Assembly (NCBI GenBank): GCA_001794905.1
Contig: MGLW01000041.1
Span: 1 to 17,359, forward strand
Origin: Chlamydiae bacterium RIFCSPHIGHO2_12_FULL_49_11
GTDB taxonomy: Bacteria; Chlamydiota; Chlamydiia; Chlamydiales; 2-12-FULL-49-11
Length of the DNA stretch: 17,359 bases
Reading direction: 5' to 3'
Position numbers and translations under genes: made by a program. The notes below the pieces were generated by a model that was not told where the DNA came from, searched no databases, and saw nothing but the letters and a program-made list of their open reading frames with translations. This document shows positions 1 to 7,857 of the stretch, piece by piece; position 1 is the first letter of the stretch; the number at the start of each line of letters is the position of its first letter.

Positions 1-158
1 AAGAAGCATGCCCTTTTGCCCACTGCTATCATGAAGTCGTAGGGCTGCCGCACGGCCAAACATGCCGTTTATTGGATAAATACCCCACACCTCCCTGTTG
101 TACTCATACAACCGAGGAGGTGTTACAACGATTTGAGTTACTAAAATGTCTTTTGTAA
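1..158 (+). CDS. 3' end of a partial GT9-family glycosyltransferase, a paralog of the next gene (not in the ORF track)
   Basis: The frame from nt 3 reads EACPFAHCYHEVVGLPHGQTCRLLDKYPTPPCCTHTTEEVLQRFELLKCLL*. This aligns with the C-terminus of 146..1048 (SDCKFAHCYNE...PHCRLV...NPPCC). Its TAA at 156-158 overlaps the next gene by 13 nt. Confidence 0.8.
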   Translation, partial: EACPFAHCYHEVVGLPHGQTCRLLDKYPTPPCCTHTTEEVLQRFELLKCLL

Positions 159-1048
159 AGAAACCGGTGAATCCTACGATGCTAAAAAATCCGGAATCGA
201 TTGTTCATATTCAACGAACCTGTGCGGGACTCGGTGATGTCATCGGGGTAGAACCGGTGGTGCGATATTATATTGAGCGAGGAAAAACAGTGAACCTACT
301 CAGCTATTTTCATGAAGTGTTTTGTAACTACCCCTCAGAACAACTCATCTGCGATTTTGCATTTCACTATTCTTTGAATCAAAGTGGATTAGCTTTCTTT
401 ACTCATTTCCGGCAGAATTTCATCAATTTGGATATTGCACCCTTTAAATTTTCAAAAATGCATCTATTAGACGCTTACAGCAAGGAAGCAAACATTTTTG
501 ATTTAAAACCTTCGACACCTCGATTGTTTCTTTCCGACGAAGAAAAAAGACCTCTATTTACTCACGATTATGCTTTATTGCACATAGAGAAAAACCACTT
601 TCATAAATCCAGAAATATTTTTGGTGTTAACTGGAAAATTATTATTGACTATTTAGAATCAAAAAATATTAAGCTATATCAAATTTCTCAAACAGGGAAA
701 GACTTGGTCGCTCCCTGGGTGAAGACAAGCTCTCTTCGAGATCTCATGTCGTTGATTTATAATAGCAAGTTGTATATCGGTAGAGATTCGGGCCCGGGAC
801 ACATTGCTACAGTGTTCAATATTCCTTCCCTTCTTTTCTTTGGCAGTGTGAATCCTAAGTGGATTTATCTAAATTCGGAAAATAAAGTGTTCTTGCAATC
901 GGATTGCAAGTTTGCGCATTGTTATAATGAAAATTATAATCATCCAAGATTGCCTCATTGCCGTCTTGTAGGCGCCAGAAAGAATCCTCCCTGCTGTGTT
1001 GTCCCCGTGAGTGACATCATAAATGCCATCGACTCTTTCATCGGATAG
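146..1048 (+). CDS. Glycosyltransferase family 9 (ADP-heptose:LPS heptosyltransferase-like)
   Basis: N-terminal GLGDVI motif, SLRDLMSLI..SKLYIGRDSGPGHIA..FNIPSLLFFG (GT9 DSGxxHxA signature) and a Cys-rich C-terminus. Confidence 0.85.
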   Translation: MSFVKKPVNPTMLKNPESIVHIQRTCAGLGDVIGVEPVVRYYIERGKTVNLLSYFHEVFCNYPSEQLICDFAFHYSLNQSGLAFFTHFRQNFINLDIAPFKFSKMHLLDAYSKEANIFDLKPSTPRLFLSDEEKRPLFTHDYALLHIEKNHFHKSRNIFGVNWKIIIDYLESKNIKLYQISQTGKDLVAPWVKTSSLRDLMSLIYNSKLYIGRDSGPGHIATVFNIPSLLFFGSVNPKWIYLNSENKVFLQSDCKFAHCYNENYNHPRLPHCRLVGARKNPPCCVVPVSDIINAIDSFIG

Positions 1049-1057
1049 CAATCCTAA

Positions 1058-1091
1058 TTGTCTAGACAAATTGCGCTATCCCCCTTATTAT
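1058..1091 (+). promoter_or_regulatory. Putative sigma70/sigma66-type promoter with an overlapping 12-bp palindrome
   Basis: TAGACA (1063-1068), a 17-bp spacer and TATTAT (1086-1091), 8 nt before ATG 1100. The perfect palindrome TTGTCTAGACAA at 1058-1069 covers the -35 box. Confidence 0.35.
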
Positions 1092-1099
1092 AAAATTGT

Positions 1100-1933
1100 A
1101 TGTTTAGAAAACTGCTAGGCAGATTATCTGCAGACCCTTGGTATCCTTTATCCAGAGTAGCGCAAACAATTTCCATTAGAGACGTTGATTATATCCCAAA
1201 AGTAGCACAAGCGGGGCAATGTTTTGAAGAAGACGGCCTATGTTACCAATTGATGCACAATGGACTTAAAGTTCTGCAAGACTCTTATTACGGAAAATGG
1301 GGAACCGATATCATTGAAGGGCTGCAAGGGCATCATGAGCCACAGCAAGAAAAAGTTTTTTACGAAGTGCTTAAATACATTGCACCCGGAGCTGTGATGA
1401 TTGAACTCGGCTGTTATTGGGCATATTATTCTATGTGGTTTGCAAAAGAAGTCGTGAATGCAAGAAACTGTCTTATAGAGCCTGATCCAATAAGAATGAA
1501 AATGGGTAAAGCGCATTTTGCTTTGAATAATCTGAAGGGGCAATTTCATGAAAGCTATATTTCTAACGAAACCGATTCTCATTTTGATACGCATGCAACA
1601 AGGATCCGGTTGGATGATTTTTTCAAGGATAATAAATTGGACCGCGTTGCTATTTTGCATGCTGATATTGAAGGTGCAGAGTTTGCTATGCTACAAACCT
1701 GCAAAAATGCAATGTTAAATAAAGACGTCGATTATTTTTTTATTTCTACACATAGTCTGCAGCTTCATAGTGATTGTATGAATTTCTTAAAGGAATATTC
1801 GTACCAAATCATTGCAGAACATTCTAATGAAGAAAGTTGCTCAGGAGACGGTCTAATTGTAGCAAAATCAAGTACAGTGTCCAATCCAACAACGGTTAGT
1901 ATTAATAAATACCGCTCTGTTTTTGCAGTTTAG
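1100..1933 (+). CDS. FkbM-family SAM-dependent methyltransferase
   Basis: Motif I MIELGCYWAYYS, IEPDP after the second strand, RLDDF and ILHADIEGAEFAML (FkbM DIEGxE motif). Confidence 0.85.
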   Translation: MFRKLLGRLSADPWYPLSRVAQTISIRDVDYIPKVAQAGQCFEEDGLCYQLMHNGLKVLQDSYYGKWGTDIIEGLQGHHEPQQEKVFYEVLKYIAPGAVMIELGCYWAYYSMWFAKEVVNARNCLIEPDPIRMKMGKAHFALNNLKGQFHESYISNETDSHFDTHATRIRLDDFFKDNKLDRVAILHADIEGAEFAMLQTCKNAMLNKDVDYFFISTHSLQLHSDCMNFLKEYSYQIIAEHSNEESCSGDGLIVAKSSTVSNPTTVSINKYRSVFAV

Positions 1934-2855
1934 CTGATTTTTCTCTATCGTACTCCTTGCAGTTTTTTACCAGATGTCGGTAAAGTTTATAGCCTTGCCA
2001 GGAGGCTTTGAATCCGGCACGCCATAGAATGCGAAGAAAGTAGAGCCCCGCTCCCATGGCGCTCCAGAGGAGGTGGGTGGGGGCAAACCATTTATTGACA
2101 TAGGTGAGAATGCCTCGGATGTTACAGAGACATGGCATCATGGAAGGGCACCGGCTCATACTGCGGTTGTTAAAATCGATGCATGTGGTCTTTGGAGAAT
2201 GAATAATTTTATAACCACGCCCGGTCACCTCGCGGCTTAAATCAACATCTTCCTGCAGAAGAACATATCTAGGGTCAAAGGCATGCCCGATTTCTGAAAG
2301 AAGAAAGCGGGGCATCATCATGAAAGCCCCCTTCACATGCCCCACCTCTTGCTCGCATTCAATGTCAAATTCGATATAACTAGACTTCTTTAGTAACGTT
2401 TTGCTTTTTGCAAACCAATGGAAAAGGGAGATAAAGTAAATAAGCTTTCCGGTTGTTTTGACGGGATACGTGTAACTTCCGTCTAAGAGCATTAACTTAC
2501 AAGAGAGGATGCCGATATGTGGATCGGAATCAAGCGTTTGGACAAGATCGTCCAAAAATCCCTGTTTCATCTCCATATCAGGATTAAGAAAGAGGATTAC
2601 GCGTCCCTTAGATGCATCAAATCCGATCTGGTTTGCCCTCGCAAAACCAATGTTGCGGCCGGTCTGAATCAGCTTGATGTGCGGCAGAAATGCAAGCGCT
2701 TCCACTTTCGGGACCGTTGCATCGGTCGAGTCGTTATCAATTACGATATGCTCATAACTGAGATCTTTAATGTGCTTCATCACCGAAACAAGACAGTTTT
2801 GGATATAGTCTTCCGACTGATAGGTTACGGTAATTATACTCAAATCACATGTCAT
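1902..2855 (-). CDS. Glycosyltransferase family 2 (GT-A fold)
   Basis: SIITVTYQ, VIDNDSTDAT, NIGFARANQIG, LFLNPD, VKGAFMM, FDPRY..QEDVDLS. Start is either ATG 2855 or TTG 2861, overlapping the AGCS stop. The 3' end overlaps the FkbM gene convergently by 32 nt. Confidence 0.88.
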   Translation of the reverse strand: MTCDLSIITVTYQSEDYIQNCLVSVMKHIKDLSYEHIVIDNDSTDATVPKVEALAFLPHIKLIQTGRNIGFARANQIGFDASKGRVILFLNPDMEMKQGFLDDLVQTLDSDPHIGILSCKLMLLDGSYTYPVKTTGKLIYFISLFHWFAKSKTLLKKSSYIEFDIECEQEVGHVKGAFMMMPRFLLSEIGHAFDPRYVLLQEDVDLSREVTGRGYKIIHSPKTTCIDFNNRSMSRCPSMMPCLCNIRGILTYVNKWFAPTHLLWSAMGAGLYFLRILWRAGFKASWQGYKLYRHLVKNCKEYDREKSAKLQKQSGIY

Positions 2856-4167
2856 AGACAAACGAAGGAGATTTTACCTCATCCCTCAGACGGAAGATAC
2901 CCAATAAGTTGATTATGAGCAAGAGCGCTCCGGCAATTGACATAACAAGAAGCGGTACGGACGGGTCAAAATAACTGAAATAGATGAAAGCAAAAATCCC
3001 GTAAAGCACATAGATTCTTTCCCCGTACTTGGGCGACAGGAAGCGGGCGCATTTAAGCCCTACGCACATGTAAGCGATTATCGTTGTGAACCCCGTTACG
3101 AGGAGAAACAAAGGTAAAAAGACCTTCATGTACGGAAAATAAAGAGACAGGGTATTTTGTACAAGATCAGAGGTAGCAAGTTGCGGGCTGGCGGTCCAAA
3201 GGCCCGAAATAAGGACCATTAAAATACTCATCGTACAGATGAAGCTGTCGATAAATACTCCTATGACGGAGATGCTCGCTTGCTTTTCCGAATGGGTTAC
3301 CGACGACTCGCTCTGGATAATCGAATCATACCCGATGCCTATGTCGGCCGAATAGGCGGCCCGCGCCATCCCGTGCTGGATGGCAAGGAAAATGCTGCTT
3401 CCGACAAAGCCACCCACGGCGCTATGTCCCGTAAAGGCCGTCTTGAATACCGAAAGGAAAATCGCAGGTAAAAGAGCGGCATTACTGATAATCACATAGA
3501 GGCTCATCACGATATAGATTATGACAAAAACCGGCATGACGTACACGCCGATCCGTCCGATTCGTTTAACTCCCCCCACGCTAGCAAAGAGAATCAAAGT
3601 CAGTAGGACCAGCATCACGAGAGGACGGTTCAAACTCCAGTTCGATGAAAGGCAGTCGGTGAGCACGGTAAATTGGTAAATCTCGACCCCGTAAATGCAG
3701 AGCAGCACGGCAACGAGGGTTGGCGCCCACATTCCTTTGAAGGCAGCTTTTAAAAAATAAATCGGCCCGCCGTCATACCCTCCCCGGCTGTTTGGAACGC
3801 GATATTTGATGCCGAGGTAAATTTCGGAATACTTGATGATCGAACCCAAGAAAGCTGTCAGCCAGAGCCAGAAAAGGGCGCCCGGCCCCCCGATCTGGAG
3901 CGCGGTCACTACCCCGACGATATTGCCGATCCCGATCATTCCCCCTACCGAAGCAAAAAATGCTTTTAACGGATGCACCCCTTTTTTCTCTTTGCTGCCG
4001 GAGATAATAAAACTCCAGAAAAGCCTGAGCGCTCCCGGAACCGATGTCAATTGAAAAAATCCCATCCGGACTGTCATAAATACACCCAAACTGACAATCA
4101 GTATGAAGGCGATGTTGGCCCAAAAAAAGGAATCGACCCGTGAAAAAAAATTGAAAAGTGAAAACAT
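2845..4167 (-). CDS. Alanine/glycine:cation symporter (AGCS family, DagA/AlsT-like) amino-acid carrier
   Basis: 440-aa polytopic membrane protein with GGMIGIGNIVGV..A...GGPGALFWLW, KYSE..LG.KYR, GGPIYFL, GGVKRIG and DSFICTMS, all typical AGCS motifs. Confidence 0.92.
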   Translation of the reverse strand: MFSLFNFFSRVDSFFWANIAFILIVSLGVFMTVRMGFFQLTSVPGALRLFWSFIISGSKEKKGVHPLKAFFASVGGMIGIGNIVGVVTALQIGGPGALFWLWLTAFLGSIIKYSEIYLGIKYRVPNSRGGYDGGPIYFLKAAFKGMWAPTLVAVLLCIYGVEIYQFTVLTDCLSSNWSLNRPLVMLVLLTLILFASVGGVKRIGRIGVYVMPVFVIIYIVMSLYVIISNAALLPAIFLSVFKTAFTGHSAVGGFVGSSIFLAIQHGMARAAYSADIGIGYDSIIQSESSVTHSEKQASISVIGVFIDSFICTMSILMVLISGLWTASPQLATSDLVQNTLSLYFPYMKVFLPLFLLVTGFTTIIAYMCVGLKCARFLSPKYGERIYVLYGIFAFIYFSYFDPSVPLLVMSIAGALLLIINLLGIFRLRDEVKSPSFVYDM

Positions 4168-4175
4168 TTCTTTAC

Positions 4176-5024
4176 CTAACTCCGATACAAACTTTCGGGC
4201 AAATATCTCGGTATTTCATTCTTGGCTGCCGTGAGAACCACCACCGCAGAGCCGATAAGAACAGCACGTACGCCGCCGCCTCTGAAAAACGATCTTACCC
4301 CTTCATTTTGCAAGATTCCCCTGATTATCTCAACCATTGATTTTTGCCTGCTCTCCCCTACCGGAGCTTGCATCCTTGTACGGACGAGGTCAAAAGGGGT
4401 GCTCAAATACCCGGCAAGGGCTCCGGTAAAGGCGGAAAGATACACCTCTTTGACAGCATCTTTTTTGACAAGCCGGCCATTGATCTGATCCCGGAGAACC
4501 CTATTCCCGCCGAAAAGTCCCCAATTGAAAACGCCGTCTCTAAAGGCAGTGGGCACACCGCCCCGTAACAACCCAAGGACGGCGCCCCTGTTGTAAATGG
4601 CACGGGTAGCTTGCCATAAAGATTCTCGGGTGATTTGCTGGCGTGTCATAATTCCCTCTGCAACAGTGTTGAAAGGGGAACCGACCATACCTGAAGCCAG
4701 ACTTACAACAACACGTTCGGTATTGCTTTTCTCCTTGAAAAGCTTGGAAAAACTATGTTCGCCGAAGAAAGCCGCCGCTTCCGCCGGCCCGCTCCCCATA
4801 TAATTTACGCCGATCCCTTTGTATCCTAACTGCAAAAGATGAGAAACATTTCCTATCGGAGGAAACCTTGTCCGGGCCATGAGAAACGTTTTTACCGTAT
4901 ACATCGGCTGCGTAGTCAAAAGCATCACAAGACATGCCGATGCTCCATTTGCCACATGGCCGACTTTATTCAACCGGTGGCGTTCCACCATAACGGAAGG
5001 TTCGCTATTGGTAATGCTCGACAT
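4176..5024 (-). CDS. Mitochondrial carrier family (SLC25/MCF) protein
   Basis: Three repeats of about 90 aa: QPMYTVKT..GYKG, PFNTVAEGIMTRQQ..LLRG, and TPFDLVRTRMQ..NEGVRSFFRG (canonical Px[DE]xx[KR]xRxQ and EG....FRG). TAAGGGAAG lies upstream of the ATG. Confidence 0.88.
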   Translation of the reverse strand: MSSITNSEPSVMVERHRLNKVGHVANGASACLVMLLTTQPMYTVKTFLMARTRFPPIGNVSHLLQLGYKGIGVNYMGSGPAEAAAFFGEHSFSKLFKEKSNTERVVVSLASGMVGSPFNTVAEGIMTRQQITRESLWQATRAIYNRGAVLGLLRGGVPTAFRDGVFNWGLFGGNRVLRDQINGRLVKKDAVKEVYLSAFTGALAGYLSTPFDLVRTRMQAPVGESRQKSMVEIIRGILQNEGVRSFFRGGGVRAVLIGSAVVVLTAAKNEIPRYLPESLYRS

Positions 5025-5033
5025 ATTCTTCCC

Positions 5034-6161
5034 TTACTTTGCTCCCGCTTGTGACAGCAAACTCTCAATCTCGGATTGTCCGTGTTTCCTGGCCGCATCG
5101 AGAGCCGTCACTCGGAATTTGCTAGTGGCATTAATGAACTCGAGTCTGTCACTTTCCTCGATTGTGCCGGTCTTTTGCAACTCGTGTAATCGTGCTAGAA
5201 TAAATCGGGTAATGGGAACCGATCTCCCCACCGCAGCATGCATCAACACGGTGTGTCCATTAGCGTCTTTTTTCAGCATGGAAAGCGGGTGTTTGGCCGC
5301 CGCTTCTACGAAGAGACTATATTGTCCTATCGCAGCCAAATGGGTAATATCAAAAGACTCCTTTGAATCCGAAAGCAGCACATCCGGAAGAAGTTCTTCC
5401 GAAACCGCCGCCGCCTTTTTTTGCTCCACTTTTCTGAGTAGGGAGAGATCGACTTCGCATGCAGGACTTTTTTGCGACAGGCACCCGTCTGCGTGTGTAA
5501 CAGCACCGATTCCATTCAGCTGCTCTTTAAAGAGGAGAACGGCGTTTTCCAGAGAAGGCCCTCCCTCCGCCCTATCATCAAGAGAATCTATAAAGAAAAC
5601 TGCCTTACCCGTTCCTTCTGTGATGGCAGTCCTTTCAGCATCTTTCTGATTCCAAGCCCAGCAAATCACCCCTTCTCCATCTTTATATACGACATGTTTC
5701 GGTGCCATTGTTACAGGCTCTTTGCTGCCAATTCCCGTAAAAAGCCCTTCTTTGCCGGCAAGTGTGAGTGAAATATCCCCGGTCAATTTTTCAAGATCGT
5801 ACCCCCCCATCGGAAATTGCACATCGACGGAATAGGCATTATAAAAGTCGATGACTGGCAAGAGTCTTGGAAATTTCCCGTTGAGCGCCCTTCGGGTGAG
5901 TGATTCGATAGAAGAAGGAAATTCGTTCGGATTGCAGCCAAATTGGGAGTATGCATTTCTCCATACGGCAATGCGTGGCCGCGGTTTTACGGATTCTCCG
6001 AGTTTAAAGCCCTTTTCGAGCAGCAATTTCTGCAACTCGGAAATTTTCGAATCAATCGTCTCGGTACGAAGTTGTTGCTGATCAAAAGAAGCTACAACAA
6101 AGCCCATTTTTGTGGTCGGAAATTGATTAAAGACCTGACTGTCAATAGATATTCTCATCAT
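5034..6161 (-). CDS. B3/4 (PheRS beta editing-like) domain protein fused to C-terminal ankyrin repeats
   Basis: N-terminal ~235 aa: WRNAYSQFG.NP..FPSSIESL.RR, VIDFYNAYSV..QFPMGGYDL, VVYKD..GVICWAWN.KD..RTAIT. C-terminus: DANGHTVLMHAAVG and VTALDAARKHGQSEIESLLSQAGA (ankyrin consensus). Strong SD: TAAGGAGG. Confidence 0.85.
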   Translation of the reverse strand: MMRISIDSQVFNQFPTTKMGFVVASFDQQQLRTETIDSKISELQKLLLEKGFKLGESVKPRPRIAVWRNAYSQFGCNPNEFPSSIESLTRRALNGKFPRLLPVIDFYNAYSVDVQFPMGGYDLEKLTGDISLTLAGKEGLFTGIGSKEPVTMAPKHVVYKDGEGVICWAWNQKDAERTAITEGTGKAVFFIDSLDDRAEGGPSLENAVLLFKEQLNGIGAVTHADGCLSQKSPACEVDLSLLRKVEQKKAAAVSEELLPDVLLSDSKESFDITHLAAIGQYSLFVEAAAKHPLSMLKKDANGHTVLMHAAVGRSVPITRFILARLHELQKTGTIEESDRLEFINATSKFRVTALDAARKHGQSEIESLLSQAGAK

Positions 6162-6171
6162 GGGAACCTCC

Positions 6172-6789
6172 TTACTGCTGAGAATGAAAAAAAGCTCGTA
6201 TTAAAACGGCAATGCTTAAGACCATAATTATGGCCGAAACTTTTCCCTGGTATTTTCGAATCAGAAGCGAATTCCCCAGACTGATTCCCAAAAATCCTAA
6301 ACACATAAACCATATCCATGACGCGGTGATGCAGCCGGTCATAAAAAAGACCTTGGGCAAACCTGAAAAAATAGTGGAGGACGAACCGATTGTCAAAAAA
6401 GCATCAATCAATGCGTACGGATTCAGCCACGAAATTGCAAGGGTAGAGCCGACAATGCGGAGAATGGGCAACGTTTTTGGTTCTTCAAAACTTTGCTCAT
6501 TCGGCATTTTGTACCATGATCGGATGGCCAGAAATGACAAAAACAAAATGCCGCCAAGAAAAATCCCCGCTTTTAATAGCGGAATATTGAAGATAACGAG
6601 CGATATCCCCCCCACTGCAAGCGCGATGAGAACTGTATCGGCTAAAGAAGCCACAAGCACAACCGTGATGACGTTGACCATTCGCCCGCGGTTCATCCCT
6701 TGGCTCAAAACGAACAGATTTTGCGGTCCCAAAGGAAGAATGAGTCCCAATCCGAGTAATATACCTTGAAAAAAGTGAGAAAAGTACAC
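6172..6789 (-). CDS. LysE/ArgO-family amino-acid exporter
   Basis: GILLGLGLILPLGPQNLFVLSQG and ISWLNPYALIDAFLTIG are ArgO/LysE motifs. About 6 hydrophobic segments. GTG start with a GGAGG SD. Confidence 0.9.
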   Translation of the reverse strand: MYFSHFFQGILLGLGLILPLGPQNLFVLSQGMNRGRMVNVITVVLVASLADTVLIALAVGGISLVIFNIPLLKAGIFLGGILFLSFLAIRSWYKMPNEQSFEEPKTLPILRIVGSTLAISWLNPYALIDAFLTIGSSSTIFSGLPKVFFMTGCITASWIWFMCLGFLGISLGNSLLIRKYQGKVSAIIMVLSIAVLIRAFFHSQQ

Positions 6790-6800
6790 AATATTCCTCC

Positions 6801-7772
6801 CTATCCGCCTGTCACTTCTTGTTGCCGACCTTCAAACACCATCTCATCAAAACTCACGGGAAGGCCCGTAAGTCCCGCTTTGAAATATCCGTAGCAATGG
6901 TGTGCTTTTGCGTACGGGTCCCAGTTCATCAAAATCTGATGCGCACGGGATAAATGGTAGTGCGGCACTGCCGGAAGCAAGTGGTGAGTTAAATGATACG
7001 CGTCGCCGTGGGGGTATATAAAAAATCGTGCCACAGGATTTATGAGATTATTACGGGTCATCATGATCTCATCACGCTCGCGATAAAGGCCGCCATGCTC
7101 GGAAATTTCGGAAAAAAAACGAATCACTTGCAAAGGCGCAAGAAAAGGAATCACCCAGTATAAGACAAAATACACACCCCATCCCTGAAAAAGAATAACG
7201 GCACTCGCAATGAAAAAGAAACAAAGACGCATCCCCAGCTCTTTCATGGGTGTCCCTTTGACATATACAAAAGAAGAAAATGTGTTTTTCAAGTACATCA
7301 AAGAATCCCGCAGAAATATCACTCTGAGAAAACGGGCAATCAGCCGATTTTTTTCAAAAGGAAGAGCATCAACACCGATTTTGGTATATCGGATCAGGTC
7401 AGGGTCTTTTTCTTTGTTTCCCAAATAAGTGTGGTGTGCCATATGAGATTTGCGATACGCGTGCAAAGAACTTCCGATAGGAAAGGCACACAAAAAAAGG
7501 CCCAGCGTGTTGTTCAGGAAACGGCTTTTAAAGAGAGCACCGTGAGACGTTTCGTGCAACAAATTTTCCAGGGCGCGCATCCTGCTTCCGATGACAAGCA
7601 CAGATATAAAATAAATAAAGGGATTATGGAACCCGATGCTTGCTGCTATAGATAGAAAAATAAGCCCGTAATCCATGAAAAGAAACACGAAATTGTACCA
7701 ATGACTTTTCTTATTTAGTTTATCTAGTATCCGGAAAAGATCGGGACGGGACTTTTTTAGATCAGCAATCAT
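6801..7772 (-). CDS. Fatty-acid-desaturase-family membrane di-iron oxidase, possibly an amino-acid hydroxylase/desaturase (GntB/RtxC-like)
   Basis: Three His boxes (HETSH, HMAHH, HLTHH) plus SEH and hydrophobic segments. Substrate is inferred only from gene context. Confidence 0.85.
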   Translation of the reverse strand: MIADLKKSRPDLFRILDKLNKKSHWYNFVFLFMDYGLIFLSIAASIGFHNPFIYFISVLVIGSRMRALENLLHETSHGALFKSRFLNNTLGLFLCAFPIGSSLHAYRKSHMAHHTYLGNKEKDPDLIRYTKIGVDALPFEKNRLIARFLRVIFLRDSLMYLKNTFSSFVYVKGTPMKELGMRLCFFFIASAVILFQGWGVYFVLYWVIPFLAPLQVIRFFSEISEHGGLYRERDEIMMTRNNLINPVARFFIYPHGDAYHLTHHLLPAVPHYHLSRAHQILMNWDPYAKAHHCYGYFKAGLTGLPVSFDEMVFEGRQQEVTGG

Positions 7773-7797
7773 TAACGGCTCTCAACAATAAAGTAGG

Positions 7798-7826
7798 ATT
7801 CTAACAAAAAACGAGAATAACATCCA
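7798..7826 (-). promoter_or_regulatory. Putative extended -10 promoter for the leftward operon
   Basis: On the minus strand: TGGATG, 17 bp, then TAGAAT preceded by TGn (TGTTAGAAT), within the 85-bp divergent intergenic region 7773-7857. Confidence 0.3.
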
Positions 7827-7857
7827 CAAAAATATTGGTTTTTTGTAAACTTTTTTC

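Noticed and set aside
4879-6769. Long plus-strand ORFs (256 aa at 4879-5649, 185 aa at 6212-6769) and other short overlapping ORFs
   Set aside because: They are antisense or alternate-frame shadows of well-supported genes and have no recognisable motifs.
7773-7857. Guanidine riboswitch or ARG box upstream of the B3/4-LysE operon
   Set aside because: The region is short and AT-rich with no ykkC or mini-ykkC hairpins and no ArgR palindrome that I can see.
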